DNA from: Deltaproteobacteria bacterium
GTDB taxonomy: Bacteria; Myxococcota; Kuafuiibacteriia; Kuafuiibacteriales; Kuafuiibacteriaceae
Length of the DNA: 54,297 nucleotides
Assembly (NCBI GenBank): GCA_040218735.1
Contig: JAVJQW010000036.1
Location: 1 to 54,297, forward strand
Direction: 5' to 3'
Made by a program: the position numbers and the translations under genes. Position 1 is the first letter of the stretch. The number at the start of each line of letters is the position of its first letter. Under the pieces are notes generated by a model that did no database searches, had not been told where the DNA came from, and saw only the letters and a program-made list of their open reading frames with translations. Of the stretch, positions 17,294 through 26,610 are shown piece after piece.

Positions 17294-18730
17294 ATGACCA
17301 CGGCGCACAACGAGGTCCCCTCGCGGGTGGGCGCCTGCATCGCGGACCGATATCAGCTGCTGCGGGTCATCGGTCGTGGGGGGACGGCGACGGTCTACGA
17401 GGCGGAGCACGTCGTGACGCAGCGTCGCGTCGCCGTGAAGACGATCGATGCGTCCATCGCCCTCTCCGTCCCGACGATCGCGATCCGCTTCCTGCGTGAA
17501 GCGCGCGCGGCGGCGCAGATTCGCCACCCTGGCCTCGTCGACGTCCTCGACGCCGGGCAAGAAGAGGACGGGAGCCTGTACCTCGTGCTCGAGCTCCTCG
17601 ACGGCGAGGACCTCGGTCAGGCGCTCCGCAACGGACACATCGATCCGCTCGACGTCACCGACGTCGTCATCGAAGTGCTCGACGCGCTCCAAGCCATGCA
17701 CGCCGAGGGCTTCGTCCACCGCGACGTGAAACCGGCCAACATCTTCCTCGCGCGCGGCCTCGACGGGCAGCGCCACGTGAAGCTGCTCGACCTCGGCATC
17801 GCCAAACAGATCGCCGGGGACGCCGTCCAGGAGATCACGGCGCACGGCGTGTTGCTCGGGACGTTGCACTTCATGAGCCCCGAGCAGGCGCTCGGGAGCG
17901 TCATCGACGCGCGCACCGACGTCTGGGGCGTCGGCGCGACGCTGTTCTTCGCGTGGGCCGGCCGGCCCCCGTTCACGGGCAAGGAGCCGGGCGCGCTGCT
18001 GCGCGCGGTGATGGACGAACCGCCGCCCTCCGTGTCGGCGTTGGCGCCGACGATCCCCGAAGCGCTGGCCGCCGTGATCGACCGGGCGCTGGAGCGCTCC
18101 TCGACGCGCCGCCACCCCAGCGCGGAAGCGCTCCGCCGCACGCTCCAGATCGCCCGCACCGCGCGCCCGCGGTACGAAACGCTGGAGCTGAAGGACACCC
18201 GACGCCTGGAAGCGCCCCCCCAACCGCGCCGCTGGGCGCGGGTCGTGCTGCCGGTGCTCGCGCTCGGCGCGCTGGCCGGGTGGGCGCTGATGCCTGCGCC
18301 CGGGTCCACCCCGCTCGGCATCGAAGCGCCCCGCAAGGCGCCCGCGATCGCGGCGCCCGCCTCGGCGGCGAGCGAGGGCCCCGCGCATGACGAGGACGGC
18401 CCGGCGCCCGCGAACACCAGCCCCCCGCCCGCGAACGACGGCCCCCCGCCCGCGAACGACGGCGCCGCGCCCGCGAACGACGGCACGGTGCACGCGAAGA
18501 GCAGCCGCGCGCAGGCAAGCGTCGCTCGGCCACCCGAGTCGCCCTCGACGTCCAAGCCCCTCACCGCGACGAAGCCGTCGAGCCGCGGTGCCCCGCCACG
18601 ATCCCGGCCCGTGCCCCTCGTCCGCCCGCGACCGACCCGCACCAAGCCACGCCCCAAACCCACGGAAGCTTCGTCGCCAGCGACGCCGCCGCGGAGCCGC
18701 CCCGACGATCCGATGCGCGTGTACGAATGA
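17294..18730 (+). CDS. Ser/Thr protein kinase
   Basis: GRGGTATVY, VAVK, HRDVKPAN, DLG, MSPEQ; TM helix and Pro-rich tail. Confidence 0.95.
   Translation: MTTAHNEVPSRVGACIADRYQLLRVIGRGGTATVYEAEHVVTQRRVAVKTIDASIALSVPTIAIRFLREARAAAQIRHPGLVDVLDAGQEEDGSLYLVLELLDGEDLGQALRNGHIDPLDVTDVVIEVLDALQAMHAEGFVHRDVKPANIFLARGLDGQRHVKLLDLGIAKQIAGDAVQEITAHGVLLGTLHFMSPEQALGSVIDARTDVWGVGATLFFAWAGRPPFTGKEPGALLRAVMDEPPPSVSALAPTIPEALAAVIDRALERSSTRRHPSAEALRRTLQIARTARPRYETLELKDTRRLEAPPQPRRWARVVLPVLALGALAGWALMPAPGSTPLGIEAPRKAPAIAAPASAASEGPAHDEDGPAPANTSPPPANDGPPPANDGAAPANDGTVHAKSSRAQASVARPPESPSTSKPLTATKPSSRGAPPRSRPVPLVRPRPTRTKPRPKPTEASSPATPPRSRPDDPMRVYE
18401..18484 (+). repeat. In-frame 21-bp tandem repeat, 4 copies
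   Basis: Encodes PAPANTS-PPPANDG-PPPANDG-AAPANDG. Confidence 0.85.
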
Positions 18731-18843
18731 CGAAGCCTGACAAGCGAGGAACGTCGAAGCGGGGTAGCCCGGTCGAACGCGCCGGTTCACGCCGACGCGT
18801 CGGGCGAGCCCGCAACGCGTAGGTGAATAGGTCGGGTGTTCCG

Positions 18844-18873
18844 TTGACAGCAATCCAACGGCTCGCCTTAGGT
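18844..18873 (+). promoter_or_regulatory. Possible sigma70 promoter
   Basis: Perfect TTGACA at 18844-18849, about 40 nt before the ATG at 18889; the -10 match (TTAGGT) is weak. Confidence 0.3.
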
Positions 18874-18888
18874 GCCGCCAGTTCGACC

Positions 18889-19845
18889 ATGCGCCTGCTC
18901 TCGATCGCCGTACTCGCCACCGTCGCAATCAGCGCCACGGCCCAAGCCGCTGAGGTCCCGACGCGCGTCTACCTGAACGGCGTCCCGACGCCGGTGTACT
19001 TCAACGACGGCGACAGCTTCAAAGTCCTCGCGGGTGTCCACAGCGGGACTCGCGCGCGCCTCGCCGGGTTCAACACGCTGGAGAGCTACGGCCCGGTGCA
19101 CCGCTGGGGCGGCTGGGACGCCAAGGAGCTGTACTGGCTGGCCAAGCTCGCGACGCTCAACGCGCGGCGCGGCGTGTGGCACTGCACCTCCGAGGATCTG
19201 AAGACCGACACGTACGGCCGCATCCTCTGGTTCTGCCCCGACCTCGCCCGCGACCAGATACGCCGCGGCCTCGCGCACGCGATGACCGTCAGCACCGCCC
19301 CGTCGGATCCCAGCTACCTGGCCGCGCAGCGCCAGGCGATCGAAGGGCGCCGCGGGATCTGGGCGCACGGCGTCCCGGCGTTCGTGATGACCTCCCTCCA
19401 CTCCACGACCGAGGGCGGCGGGCGCGACGACGGCACCCAGTACAACCGCATGGTCTCGTCGCTCGACGGCCACTCGAACTCGATGGCGCACAAGGAGGCG
19501 TACAGCGAGTGCCAGTGGGTCTGCGCCGAGGAGCGGGACGTCTCGACCTCCTCGGTCGCCGCGGGCGTGCAGGCGCTCCGTGCGCGCACGGACCTCGAAC
19601 CGATCCTCGGCGACCTCACGGAGGAGCAGGTCAGTCAGATCGTCCGCGACTTCGCGCACGTCGGCTGGTTCGCCTGGTTCGACGACGAGGAGGACAAGGA
19701 CAAACGCCTCGAGCTCGAGCTCGCGCTCGCGAAGCTCGTGCAGGACGGCATCCTCCCCGGCGCGCCGATGGGCGAGGGATCGTGTGTGCTCTACGTCGAG
19801 TTCGGCCGACGCTACGGCAAGAGCCGCCCGGGGTGTCTGCGGTGA
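18889..19845 (+). CDS. Secreted thermonuclease (SNase-like) protein
   Basis: Signal peptide; DGDSF, RLAGFNTLE, DTYGRIL, GLA and RRGIW match SNase motifs. Confidence 0.8.
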   Translation: MRLLSIAVLATVAISATAQAAEVPTRVYLNGVPTPVYFNDGDSFKVLAGVHSGTRARLAGFNTLESYGPVHRWGGWDAKELYWLAKLATLNARRGVWHCTSEDLKTDTYGRILWFCPDLARDQIRRGLAHAMTVSTAPSDPSYLAAQRQAIEGRRGIWAHGVPAFVMTSLHSTTEGGGRDDGTQYNRMVSSLDGHSNSMAHKEAYSECQWVCAEERDVSTSSVAAGVQALRARTDLEPILGDLTEEQVSQIVRDFAHVGWFAWFDDEEDKDKRLELELALAKLVQDGILPGAPMGEGSCVLYVEFGRRYGKSRPGCLR

Positions 19846-21257
19846 GGCGCGCGCTGGTCGCCGCCCTGCTCCTCGTCGCGGCGTGCCGCTACGAGAAGCC
19901 GCTCAGCCCGGTCCTCGGCTACGAGCGCGACGACATCGCGTGCTCGGACGGCATCGACAACGACCGCGACGGCCTGACCGACTGCGACGACGGCGACTGC
20001 CTGGAGGTCGCCGGACACTGCGGCGACATCATCCCTCTCGCGCCGTTCTTCGAACGCGAGAACGATCTGCTCGTCTGCCGCGACAACATCGACAACGACG
20101 ACAACGGGCAGTTCGACTGCGGTGACCGCAAGTGCCAGGCGATCCCGGAGGCCTGCTGCAACACCGAGTTCACGAACGAGCTCTGCAGCGACGGCATCGA
20201 CAACGACGGTAACAACTTCATCGACTGCTTCGACTTCGGGTGCTCGCGCGGGATCTTCGTGTCGGTCTGCGGCTTCTCCGAGGAGACGGACATCGCGTGC
20301 CGCGACGGCATCGACAACGACAGCGACGGCCTGACCGACTGCGACGACGTCTTCGCCAACGGCGAGATCAACTGCGGGAGCTTCGAGGTCTGCTTCGAGA
20401 ACTGCGCCGACGGGATCGACAACAACGGCAACGGCCGCATCGACTGCGAGGACACCGCGTACTGCGTGGGAACGCAGGCCTGCAAAGTCGACGAGAACAC
20501 GATCGAGCTGTGCTCGGACGGCGCGGACAACGACGCCGATCAGTTCACCGACTGCGAAGACGTGGACTGTAGCGGAGCGGGCGCGGCGGCGGAGCAGTTC
20601 TGCATCGGACGCCGCGAGGACACACTCGCCAACTGCTCCGACGGCATCGACAACGACAACAACGGCTTCACCGACTGCGTCGACCGCTCGTGCTCACGGA
20701 GCATGGACCAGACGATCCTCGACTACTGCGCGTCGCTCCCTTCGGAGACGACCGTCGAGACCTGCAGCAACGGGATCGACGACGACGCCAACGGGTTCAC
20801 GGACTGCGGTGACTTCTCCTGCTCGCGCAGCACGGACCCGGCGGTCGCGGCGCTGTGCCCCTCGGAGGACACCCCCGAGACGTGCAGTGACGGCATCGAC
20901 AACGACAGCAACGGGTTCACCGACTGCAACGACTTCTCGTGCTCGCGCAGCGACGACCCGGCGGTGCTCGCGGTCTGCACGTTCGAGAACACGTTCGAGC
21001 TGTGCAAGGACGGCATCGACAACGACGGCAACGGCTTCACGGACTGCGAGGACTTCTCGTGCTCGAGCCCGACGCAGGCCACGGACGCGACGCGCCTCGC
21101 CTGTCAGGAGGCGGTGGGCAGCCCCTCGCAGCTGAACGCCTACTGCTCCGACGGCATCGACAACGATCAGGATGGCGTCACCGACTGCGACGACTTCGAC
21201 TGCTCGCGGCACCCCTTCGTGACCGCGTGCGACGACAAACCACTGGTGTGTGAGTAA
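19842..21257 (+). CDS. Lipoprotein with 11 Cys/Asp-rich C-x-DGIDNDxxGxxDC repeats
   Basis: Lipobox LVAAC; 11 repeats counted; GTGA overlap with the nuclease stop. Confidence 0.88.
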   Translation: MRRALVAALLLVAACRYEKPLSPVLGYERDDIACSDGIDNDRDGLTDCDDGDCLEVAGHCGDIIPLAPFFERENDLLVCRDNIDNDDNGQFDCGDRKCQAIPEACCNTEFTNELCSDGIDNDGNNFIDCFDFGCSRGIFVSVCGFSEETDIACRDGIDNDSDGLTDCDDVFANGEINCGSFEVCFENCADGIDNNGNGRIDCEDTAYCVGTQACKVDENTIELCSDGADNDADQFTDCEDVDCSGAGAAAEQFCIGRREDTLANCSDGIDNDNNGFTDCVDRSCSRSMDQTILDYCASLPSETTVETCSNGIDDDANGFTDCGDFSCSRSTDPAVAALCPSEDTPETCSDGIDNDSNGFTDCNDFSCSRSDDPAVLAVCTFENTFELCKDGIDNDGNGFTDCEDFSCSSPTQATDATRLACQEAVGSPSQLNAYCSDGIDNDQDGVTDCDDFDCSRHPFVTACDDKPLVCE

Positions 21258-21260
21258 TCA

Positions 21261-22844
21261 ATGAGTACGGGATGGACGACGACGGCGGCGTTTCTCTGCA
21301 TGTGCGCCCTGGCGACACCGAGTGTCGCGTGGGCTGCCGACAAAGAGACCAATTGCTCGGACCGCATCGACGAGGACCAAGACACGGTCACCGACTGCGC
21401 CGACGCGGATTGTTACGACGACCCGGTCTGCAAGACGGCGGGGGGCCTCGAGAACTCGGACGTCCTGTGCAGCGACGCGATCGACAACGACGGTGACGGC
21501 GCGGTCGACTGCGAAGACGCGGACTGCGAATCGGCGGCGGTGAAGGTGTGCCAGGGCTCCTGGGAGGGCCCGCTCGGCGGCACCGGCATCGCGTCGACCG
21601 GCGGCAACACCGGTGAGCAGCCGCTCCCCGAGCTCGCGCCGGGTCAGTCGCTCGAAGACCTGATCGGCACCGGCGGTGACGTCGACGGCGAGCGCAACGA
21701 CTTCGTCTGCTCGGACGGCCTCGACAACGACGGCGACGGCGCGATCGACTGCGCCGACATCGGCTGCCGCTTCGATCCGAACGTGAACGTCTGCCGCAGC
21801 TCGCCGGGGATCCGGTTCACGTTCGCCGCGCACGTGCGGTCGAGCTACGAGTACTGCAAGGGCAACCAGTGCACGGACGCCACGTCCGTCGACCCCCGCA
21901 ACGAGACGTACGACACCTTCGACACCCGCGTGAACCGCATCCAGCTCCGTGCCCTCGGGCCGGTGCCGTTCATCCAGGATTCGTTCTTCCTCATCTCGAT
22001 GCGCGCCGAGCGCTCGCCGCGCCTGACGTTCGCGATGTTCTCGATGCCCATCGGCGGCGGCCACTACCTCAACATCAACAGCGGCGGCGGCGGCCTCTCG
22101 AACGGCCTCGTGCTGTCGGTGTCGAAGAACATCCTCCTCGACCCGCCCTTCTACCTGTACTCCGCCTTCGAGGCCGGTAACGGTGCGGCGGTCGAGGTCA
22201 ACGGCCCGCTCGTCTACGGCCTGCTCGACTACCGCGTCTTCGCGGCCGGCGGGTCCGGGCGCTTCTCGGGCGTGGTCGGCGGCAACTTCTTCAACAACGA
22301 GGACCGCAATTACACGTACGGTGTCGGCGGCCAGCTCGCGCTGTACGCGATGGGCCGCTTCGACCGTTGGGACACCCGCTTCCTCTACACACCGGTGCCG
22401 CGCGCGCTGACGCTCTACGCGGGTGGTCGCTACGACCAGCGCGACGACGAGCGCTACCCCGCGATGAACATCGCGGCGCTGTTCCGCTGGGGGCACTTCG
22501 AGCTGATCGGCGAGACCTACGGTAAACGCGAGCTCAACTTCGACACGTGGCAGCTGTCCTACAACATCCAGGCGGGTCTGCTCGTCATCCCCAAGTGGCT
22601 CTTCCTCGCGGCCGACTTCGGACAGTTCTACGCGACGGAGTTCGACGACGACGTCGAGCTCACCTCCGAGCTACGCCGCATCGTCGACGAGACCCAGGCC
22701 CGCTTCGCCGCGCACATGTACGTCTGGCGCAACGTGGGGCTCGTCTCGTTCCTCTACACGTACCGATTCGTGGAGGCGGCGATCGACACGCGCGACAACC
22801 TCTACAGCCACGAGTTCCGCGTCGAGACGCAGTTCCGCTTCTGA
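21261..22844 (+). CDS. Outer-membrane porin-like protein with 3 N-terminal Cys/Asp repeats
   Basis: Signal peptide, 3 repeats, aromatic-rich beta region ending VETQFRF. Confidence 0.8.
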   Translation: MSTGWTTTAAFLCMCALATPSVAWAADKETNCSDRIDEDQDTVTDCADADCYDDPVCKTAGGLENSDVLCSDAIDNDGDGAVDCEDADCESAAVKVCQGSWEGPLGGTGIASTGGNTGEQPLPELAPGQSLEDLIGTGGDVDGERNDFVCSDGLDNDGDGAIDCADIGCRFDPNVNVCRSSPGIRFTFAAHVRSSYEYCKGNQCTDATSVDPRNETYDTFDTRVNRIQLRALGPVPFIQDSFFLISMRAERSPRLTFAMFSMPIGGGHYLNINSGGGGLSNGLVLSVSKNILLDPPFYLYSAFEAGNGAAVEVNGPLVYGLLDYRVFAAGGSGRFSGVVGGNFFNNEDRNYTYGVGGQLALYAMGRFDRWDTRFLYTPVPRALTLYAGGRYDQRDDERYPAMNIAALFRWGHFELIGETYGKRELNFDTWQLSYNIQAGLLVIPKWLFLAADFGQFYATEFDDDVELTSELRRIVDETQARFAAHMYVWRNVGLVSFLYTYRFVEAAIDTRDNLYSHEFRVETQFRF

Positions 22845-22929
22845 GCGGGCGTCCGCGGTACGACGTCTGACCGACCCCCGGTTCAATTCCACGCACTCCG
22901 GGCCCGTGTCCTACCGATAACCACCTCAC

Positions 22930-23409
22930 GTGAGGGGGTTGTCGATCGCGGGGCTCTTGCTCGTCGCCGCCTGCGGGCCGGCGGGAGGGCCAGGTACGGG
23001 ACGACTCGCCATCGAGGGCGACGCGCGCCGCACCGACGCGACCCGCACCACCACGATGGAGCCTGAGAAGGAGACCGTCGAACAGACGTGCATCGAGCCG
23101 ACGCTCGCGGCGCTGCGTGAAGAGATCTTCCTCCCGCGCTGCGCGACGTCCGGCTGCCACGACGCCGAGACCGCCCGCGAAGGCCTCGACCTTTCGCTCG
23201 ACATCGATGCGCTCACGGGGCGCCTCGCGGCGGCGGCTTCGCAGTCGCCCAGCGGGATGCCGCTGATCACCCCCGGCCAGCCGGGTGCGTCGTACCTGTG
23301 GCTCAAGGTGTCGCTCGAGTCGCCGCTGATCGGAACGCAGATGCCGAAGCGCGCGACGCCGCTCGACGACTGCGAGCTCGAAGCCCTGAAGCGCTTCATC
23401 GAAGGTTGA
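22930..23409 (+). CDS. Lipoprotein with atypical heme motif (CATSGCH)
   Basis: Lipobox LVAAC; CxxxxCH...PGxPxxSYL...MP pattern of monoheme cytochrome-like domains. Confidence 0.65.
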   Translation: MRGLSIAGLLLVAACGPAGGPGTGRLAIEGDARRTDATRTTTMEPEKETVEQTCIEPTLAALREEIFLPRCATSGCHDAETAREGLDLSLDIDALTGRLAAAASQSPSGMPLITPGQPGASYLWLKVSLESPLIGTQMPKRATPLDDCELEALKRFIEG

Positions 23410-23443
23410 CGGCGGGGCCGGATCCCACCGTAGTGGGCGGCAG

Positions 23444-24190
23444 ATGCGAGGGGCCGTCTGGGCGCTGAGCCTCCTCGTCGCGACGCCCGTCGCGGCGGCG
23501 AGCACGCGCGTGGTGGAGATCGAGCAGCGCGTTCAGGAGACGCTCGCGCAGGAGGGGGTGTCGCTCGCGCGGCACGGCTACGCGCTGCAGCTCACGCAGA
23601 CCGCCTCCACGACCGTCGTGGTCCGCCTCCTGCCCAACGGAGCGCAGGAGGGGAAGATGCGCATCGTCGAGGACGTGCCGGAGTCCGTCGACGACGCCGT
23701 GCAGGAGATCGGGCTCGTCGTCGTGAGCCTGTTGCCGTCCGAGCACACCCACGGCCCGGCGCCGGCACCACCGCGCGACGTCGCGACCAAGTCGATCGAC
23801 ACCCCCGCCACCGACGCGTCCCCCGCGGGGGTGAAGACGGGGGCGCCGATCTCGGAGGGCGACCGCTACTACCTCGGCCTGGCGTTCAGCTGGGCGATCG
23901 GGTTCGGCTCCGGTCAGTTCATCGCCGGTGCACCGCGCGGGTGGTTGTACGCGATCCTCGACGTCCTCGGCGCGGGCGTCACGACGACCGGCGTGGTCCT
24001 GTTCGTCAACGACGACACCCGCGAGCGCCTCGGCATCGGGCTCATGATCGGCGGCGCGGCGGGGCTGTTCCTGTCGCGCGTCTTCCAGGTGATCGACCTG
24101 CTCGCGTTCGGCGCGGACACCGGCGCGCTCGCGGTGATGCCGCTCGCGGACGGTGACACCCCGGCCGTCGGTTGGGCGCTGACGTTCTGA
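23444..24190 (+). CDS. Hypothetical exported/membrane protein
   Basis: Signal peptide; GFGSGQF and hydrophobic segments; ends WALTF. Confidence 0.65.
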   Translation: MRGAVWALSLLVATPVAAASTRVVEIEQRVQETLAQEGVSLARHGYALQLTQTASTTVVVRLLPNGAQEGKMRIVEDVPESVDDAVQEIGLVVVSLLPSEHTHGPAPAPPRDVATKSIDTPATDASPAGVKTGAPISEGDRYYLGLAFSWAIGFGSGQFIAGAPRGWLYAILDVLGAGVTTTGVVLFVNDDTRERLGIGLMIGGAAGLFLSRVFQVIDLLAFGADTGALAVMPLADGDTPAVGWALTF

Positions 24191-24191
24191 C

Positions 24192-24989
24192 TCAGTCCGC
24201 GGCGGGGATCAGGCGGAGCTCGGAGGAGAAGACCTGCACCGCATCGCTCGGGGCGACCTCGGCGATCTCGCGGATCCGTTCGGCGCTCGGGAGCGCGCCG
24301 CGGCGGGCGACCGCGAAGTACACGCGGACGTCGCCGACGTGCCCGCCGAACAGCGTCGACGCGCTGCCGACGATGCGGAACACACCTTCTTCGGAGCTCT
24401 CGATCTTGCCGGCGAGCGGCGCGAGCTTGCCGTCGGCCTCGAAGTACACGGCGGCCGCCGCCGCGCCTTCGATCGCACGCTCGGGGACGACCTGGAGCTC
24501 GACGCGGGACGTCGGGCTGAAGACCCGAATCGAATCTGCGGGGGGGGTGTCTTCGTGCTCTGCGCCACGGACGCGGGCGTCGCCGCCGATCATCTCCATG
24601 CCGTACGTGGGCAGCGGTCCGTAGTCGGGGCCGGTCGGGACGAAGACGAACATCGCGGCCACGGCGGCAGCGGCGACCAGCGCGCCCCCGACCACCCGCC
24701 GCAGCGGGAACGGCACGACGTTGTCCATCGTCTCCGGGGCGCTCGTCGACGACGTGGGTCCGAAGGCCTCCGTCGCGGCGGCGACGATGCGGTCGGCCGC
24801 CGCCCCGTCGAGCGGGCGGTAGGCCTCCAGGGCGAGCGCCAGCTCGGGGTCCTGGGCCGCCTCGGCTTCGAGCCCGGCGAGCTCCTCCGTCGAGAGGCGA
24901 CCCTCGGCGAGCGCCTCCAGGCGTGGATCGATCTTGGCCTCGTCGGTAGCGAGTTGGGCCAAGGCGTTCATGAGGGGATCATTGCTCAC
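24192..24989 (-). CDS. Putative anti-sigma factor (single TM)
   Basis: Directly downstream of an ECF sigma gene; NVVPFPLRR followed by a TM helix. Confidence 0.7.
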   Translation of the reverse strand: MSNDPLMNALAQLATDEAKIDPRLEALAEGRLSTEELAGLEAEAAQDPELALALEAYRPLDGAAADRIVAAATEAFGPTSSTSAPETMDNVVPFPLRRVVGGALVAAAAVAAMFVFVPTGPDYGPLPTYGMEMIGGDARVRGAEHEDTPPADSIRVFSPTSRVELQVVPERAIEGAAAAAVYFEADGKLAPLAGKIESSEEGVFRIVGSASTLFGGHVGDVRVYFAVARRGALPSAERIREIAEVAPSDAVQVFSSELRLIPAAD

Positions 24990-25000
24990 GCGGACCTCGC

Positions 25001-25639
25001 CTACGGACTACCACGCGCAGATGGATCTTCTGACATCAGACGTGCGGCGATCTCTCGCACTTGTTTCGAAAGGCGACTCCGCCACGCGTAAAGCGCATCG
25101 TGAGACATCCCCGTCATCGTGGCCACCTCGGCCACGGGGTGCTCCTCGACGTACAGGAGCAGGAACAGCCGCATCCCCTTCGCAGAGAGCCGAGCGCGCA
25201 GCTCGTCCAGCACGCGCTCCAGGACCTCTCGCGAGCCCACGGCGACCTCGGGTGACGGGCTGAGATCCCCGCTGTCCATGTCCTCGATGAGGGTAGGGTC
25301 TTCCGTCCAAGGGCTGCGTTTGCCGCTGCGGAGCACCGACGTTACTTCGCGCTCCGCGATGAGCCCGACGAAGTTCGCGAGGGAGAGGCCGCGCTCGGGC
25401 GACCACGCCTTCAGCGCCTTCGCGCCGTTCGCGAAGAGCGCGGCGAAGACCTCCTGCGTCAGGTCTTCGACCTCCTGGCGTACGTTGCGTCCGCGCGCCG
25501 ACGCGGCGCGTCGCAACAACACCCGCGCCACACGTGCCTGAACGACCGGCATCAGCGCCAGGGTCATCCGGCGAATCGCGTCGGGGTCGCCTTGGAGCGC
25601 CGCTTCGTAATACGGGCGCGCAGGGTCGCGGCTCGGCAC
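25001..25639 (-). CDS. ECF sigma-70 factor
   Basis: VEDLTQEVF region 2 and EVATMTGMS...YAWRSRL region 4; GGAGG before the GTG at 25639. Confidence 0.88.
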   Translation of the reverse strand: MPSRDPARPYYEAALQGDPDAIRRMTLALMPVVQARVARVLLRRAASARGRNVRQEVEDLTQEVFAALFANGAKALKAWSPERGLSLANFVGLIAEREVTSVLRSGKRSPWTEDPTLIEDMDSGDLSPSPEVAVGSREVLERVLDELRARLSAKGMRLFLLLYVEEHPVAEVATMTGMSHDALYAWRSRLSKQVREIAARLMSEDPSARGSP

Positions 25640-25756
25640 GCTGCCTCCGTTCGAACCATGCCCCCAGCAGGCCGGCAACCTTTTGAAAACATTTTTGTCA
25701 GAGTCCGGCCACTCATCTCGTAGCCCATAGGTGAGGAAACCGCCGAGGGGGAGCCG

Positions 25757-26590
25757 ATGAAGGTACACCGAATCGAACGCGCGGGGGGAAGCGCCTCACC
25801 CTCGGCGGATCCCATTGCTCAGGACCACCGCGACCACACCATCTCGCGGCTCTACCAGCAGCTCCAAGCGCGCGAGCGCGACAACGACGTGCTTCAGGAC
25901 CGCATCGCGGCCCTCCAGAACCGTGACCTGTTCCACCTCTCGGTCGCGGCCAACGCCCACACCTTCAACAACCTCCTCACCATCGTGCAGTGCCACCTGA
26001 AGCTGCTCGAATCGGCCGGCGGGACCCCGGACGCCGAAGACCTGGCGACGATCCGCATGGCGATGACCCAGGCGCAGCAGATCGCAGCGCGGATGCTTCG
26101 CTGGAACGAGGTGGACGAGGTCCGCCCCCTCCCCGTGAACGGCATCGTGCGACACCTCGCGCGGCTTACCCGCCCCCTCCTGGTGCCGAGCGTTCGTCTG
26201 GACCTCGAGCTGGACGAGGCGGTCCCGGACATCCTCGCGGCCGAGCAGGCGTTGCTCGATGCGCTGGTCAACGTCGTGGTCAACGCCAACGACGCGATGC
26301 CCCACGGGCGCGTTCGAATCAGCACGAGGACGGAGGCCGAGAGCGTCATCATCGAGATCGCGGACGACGGACCGGGCATGGACGAGCTGACGCGTCGGCG
26401 GATCTTCGAAACCGGTTTCACGACGAAGGGCGACGACGGTCACGGCATCGGGCTGACCTCGATCACGGCGCTGTTCCGGCGCGTGGAAGGCGCGGTCGAC
26501 GTGCGGTCGGTGCCCGGCGAAGGGACCGCCTTCACGTTCCGCTTCCCGATCCACCGAGACACGGAACCGACGCGTCGGCGAGATGCGTGA
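25757..26590 (+). CDS. Sensorless histidine kinase
   Basis: AHTFNNLL H-box; NVVVNANDAM, DDGPGM, FTTK and GHGIGL boxes. Confidence 0.9.
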   Translation: MKVHRIERAGGSASPSADPIAQDHRDHTISRLYQQLQARERDNDVLQDRIAALQNRDLFHLSVAANAHTFNNLLTIVQCHLKLLESAGGTPDAEDLATIRMAMTQAQQIAARMLRWNEVDEVRPLPVNGIVRHLARLTRPLLVPSVRLDLELDEAVPDILAAEQALLDALVNVVVNANDAMPHGRVRISTRTEAESVIIEIADDGPGMDELTRRRIFETGFTTKGDDGHGIGLTSITALFRRVEGAVDVRSVPGEGTAFTFRFPIHRDTEPTRRRDA

Positions 26591-26610
26591 GGGATCTCTG
26601 ACGCAGGTGG

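Noticed and set aside
19900-21800. DNA-level repeat array (GACGGCATCGACAACGAC)
   Set aside because: Fully explained by in-frame protein repeats.
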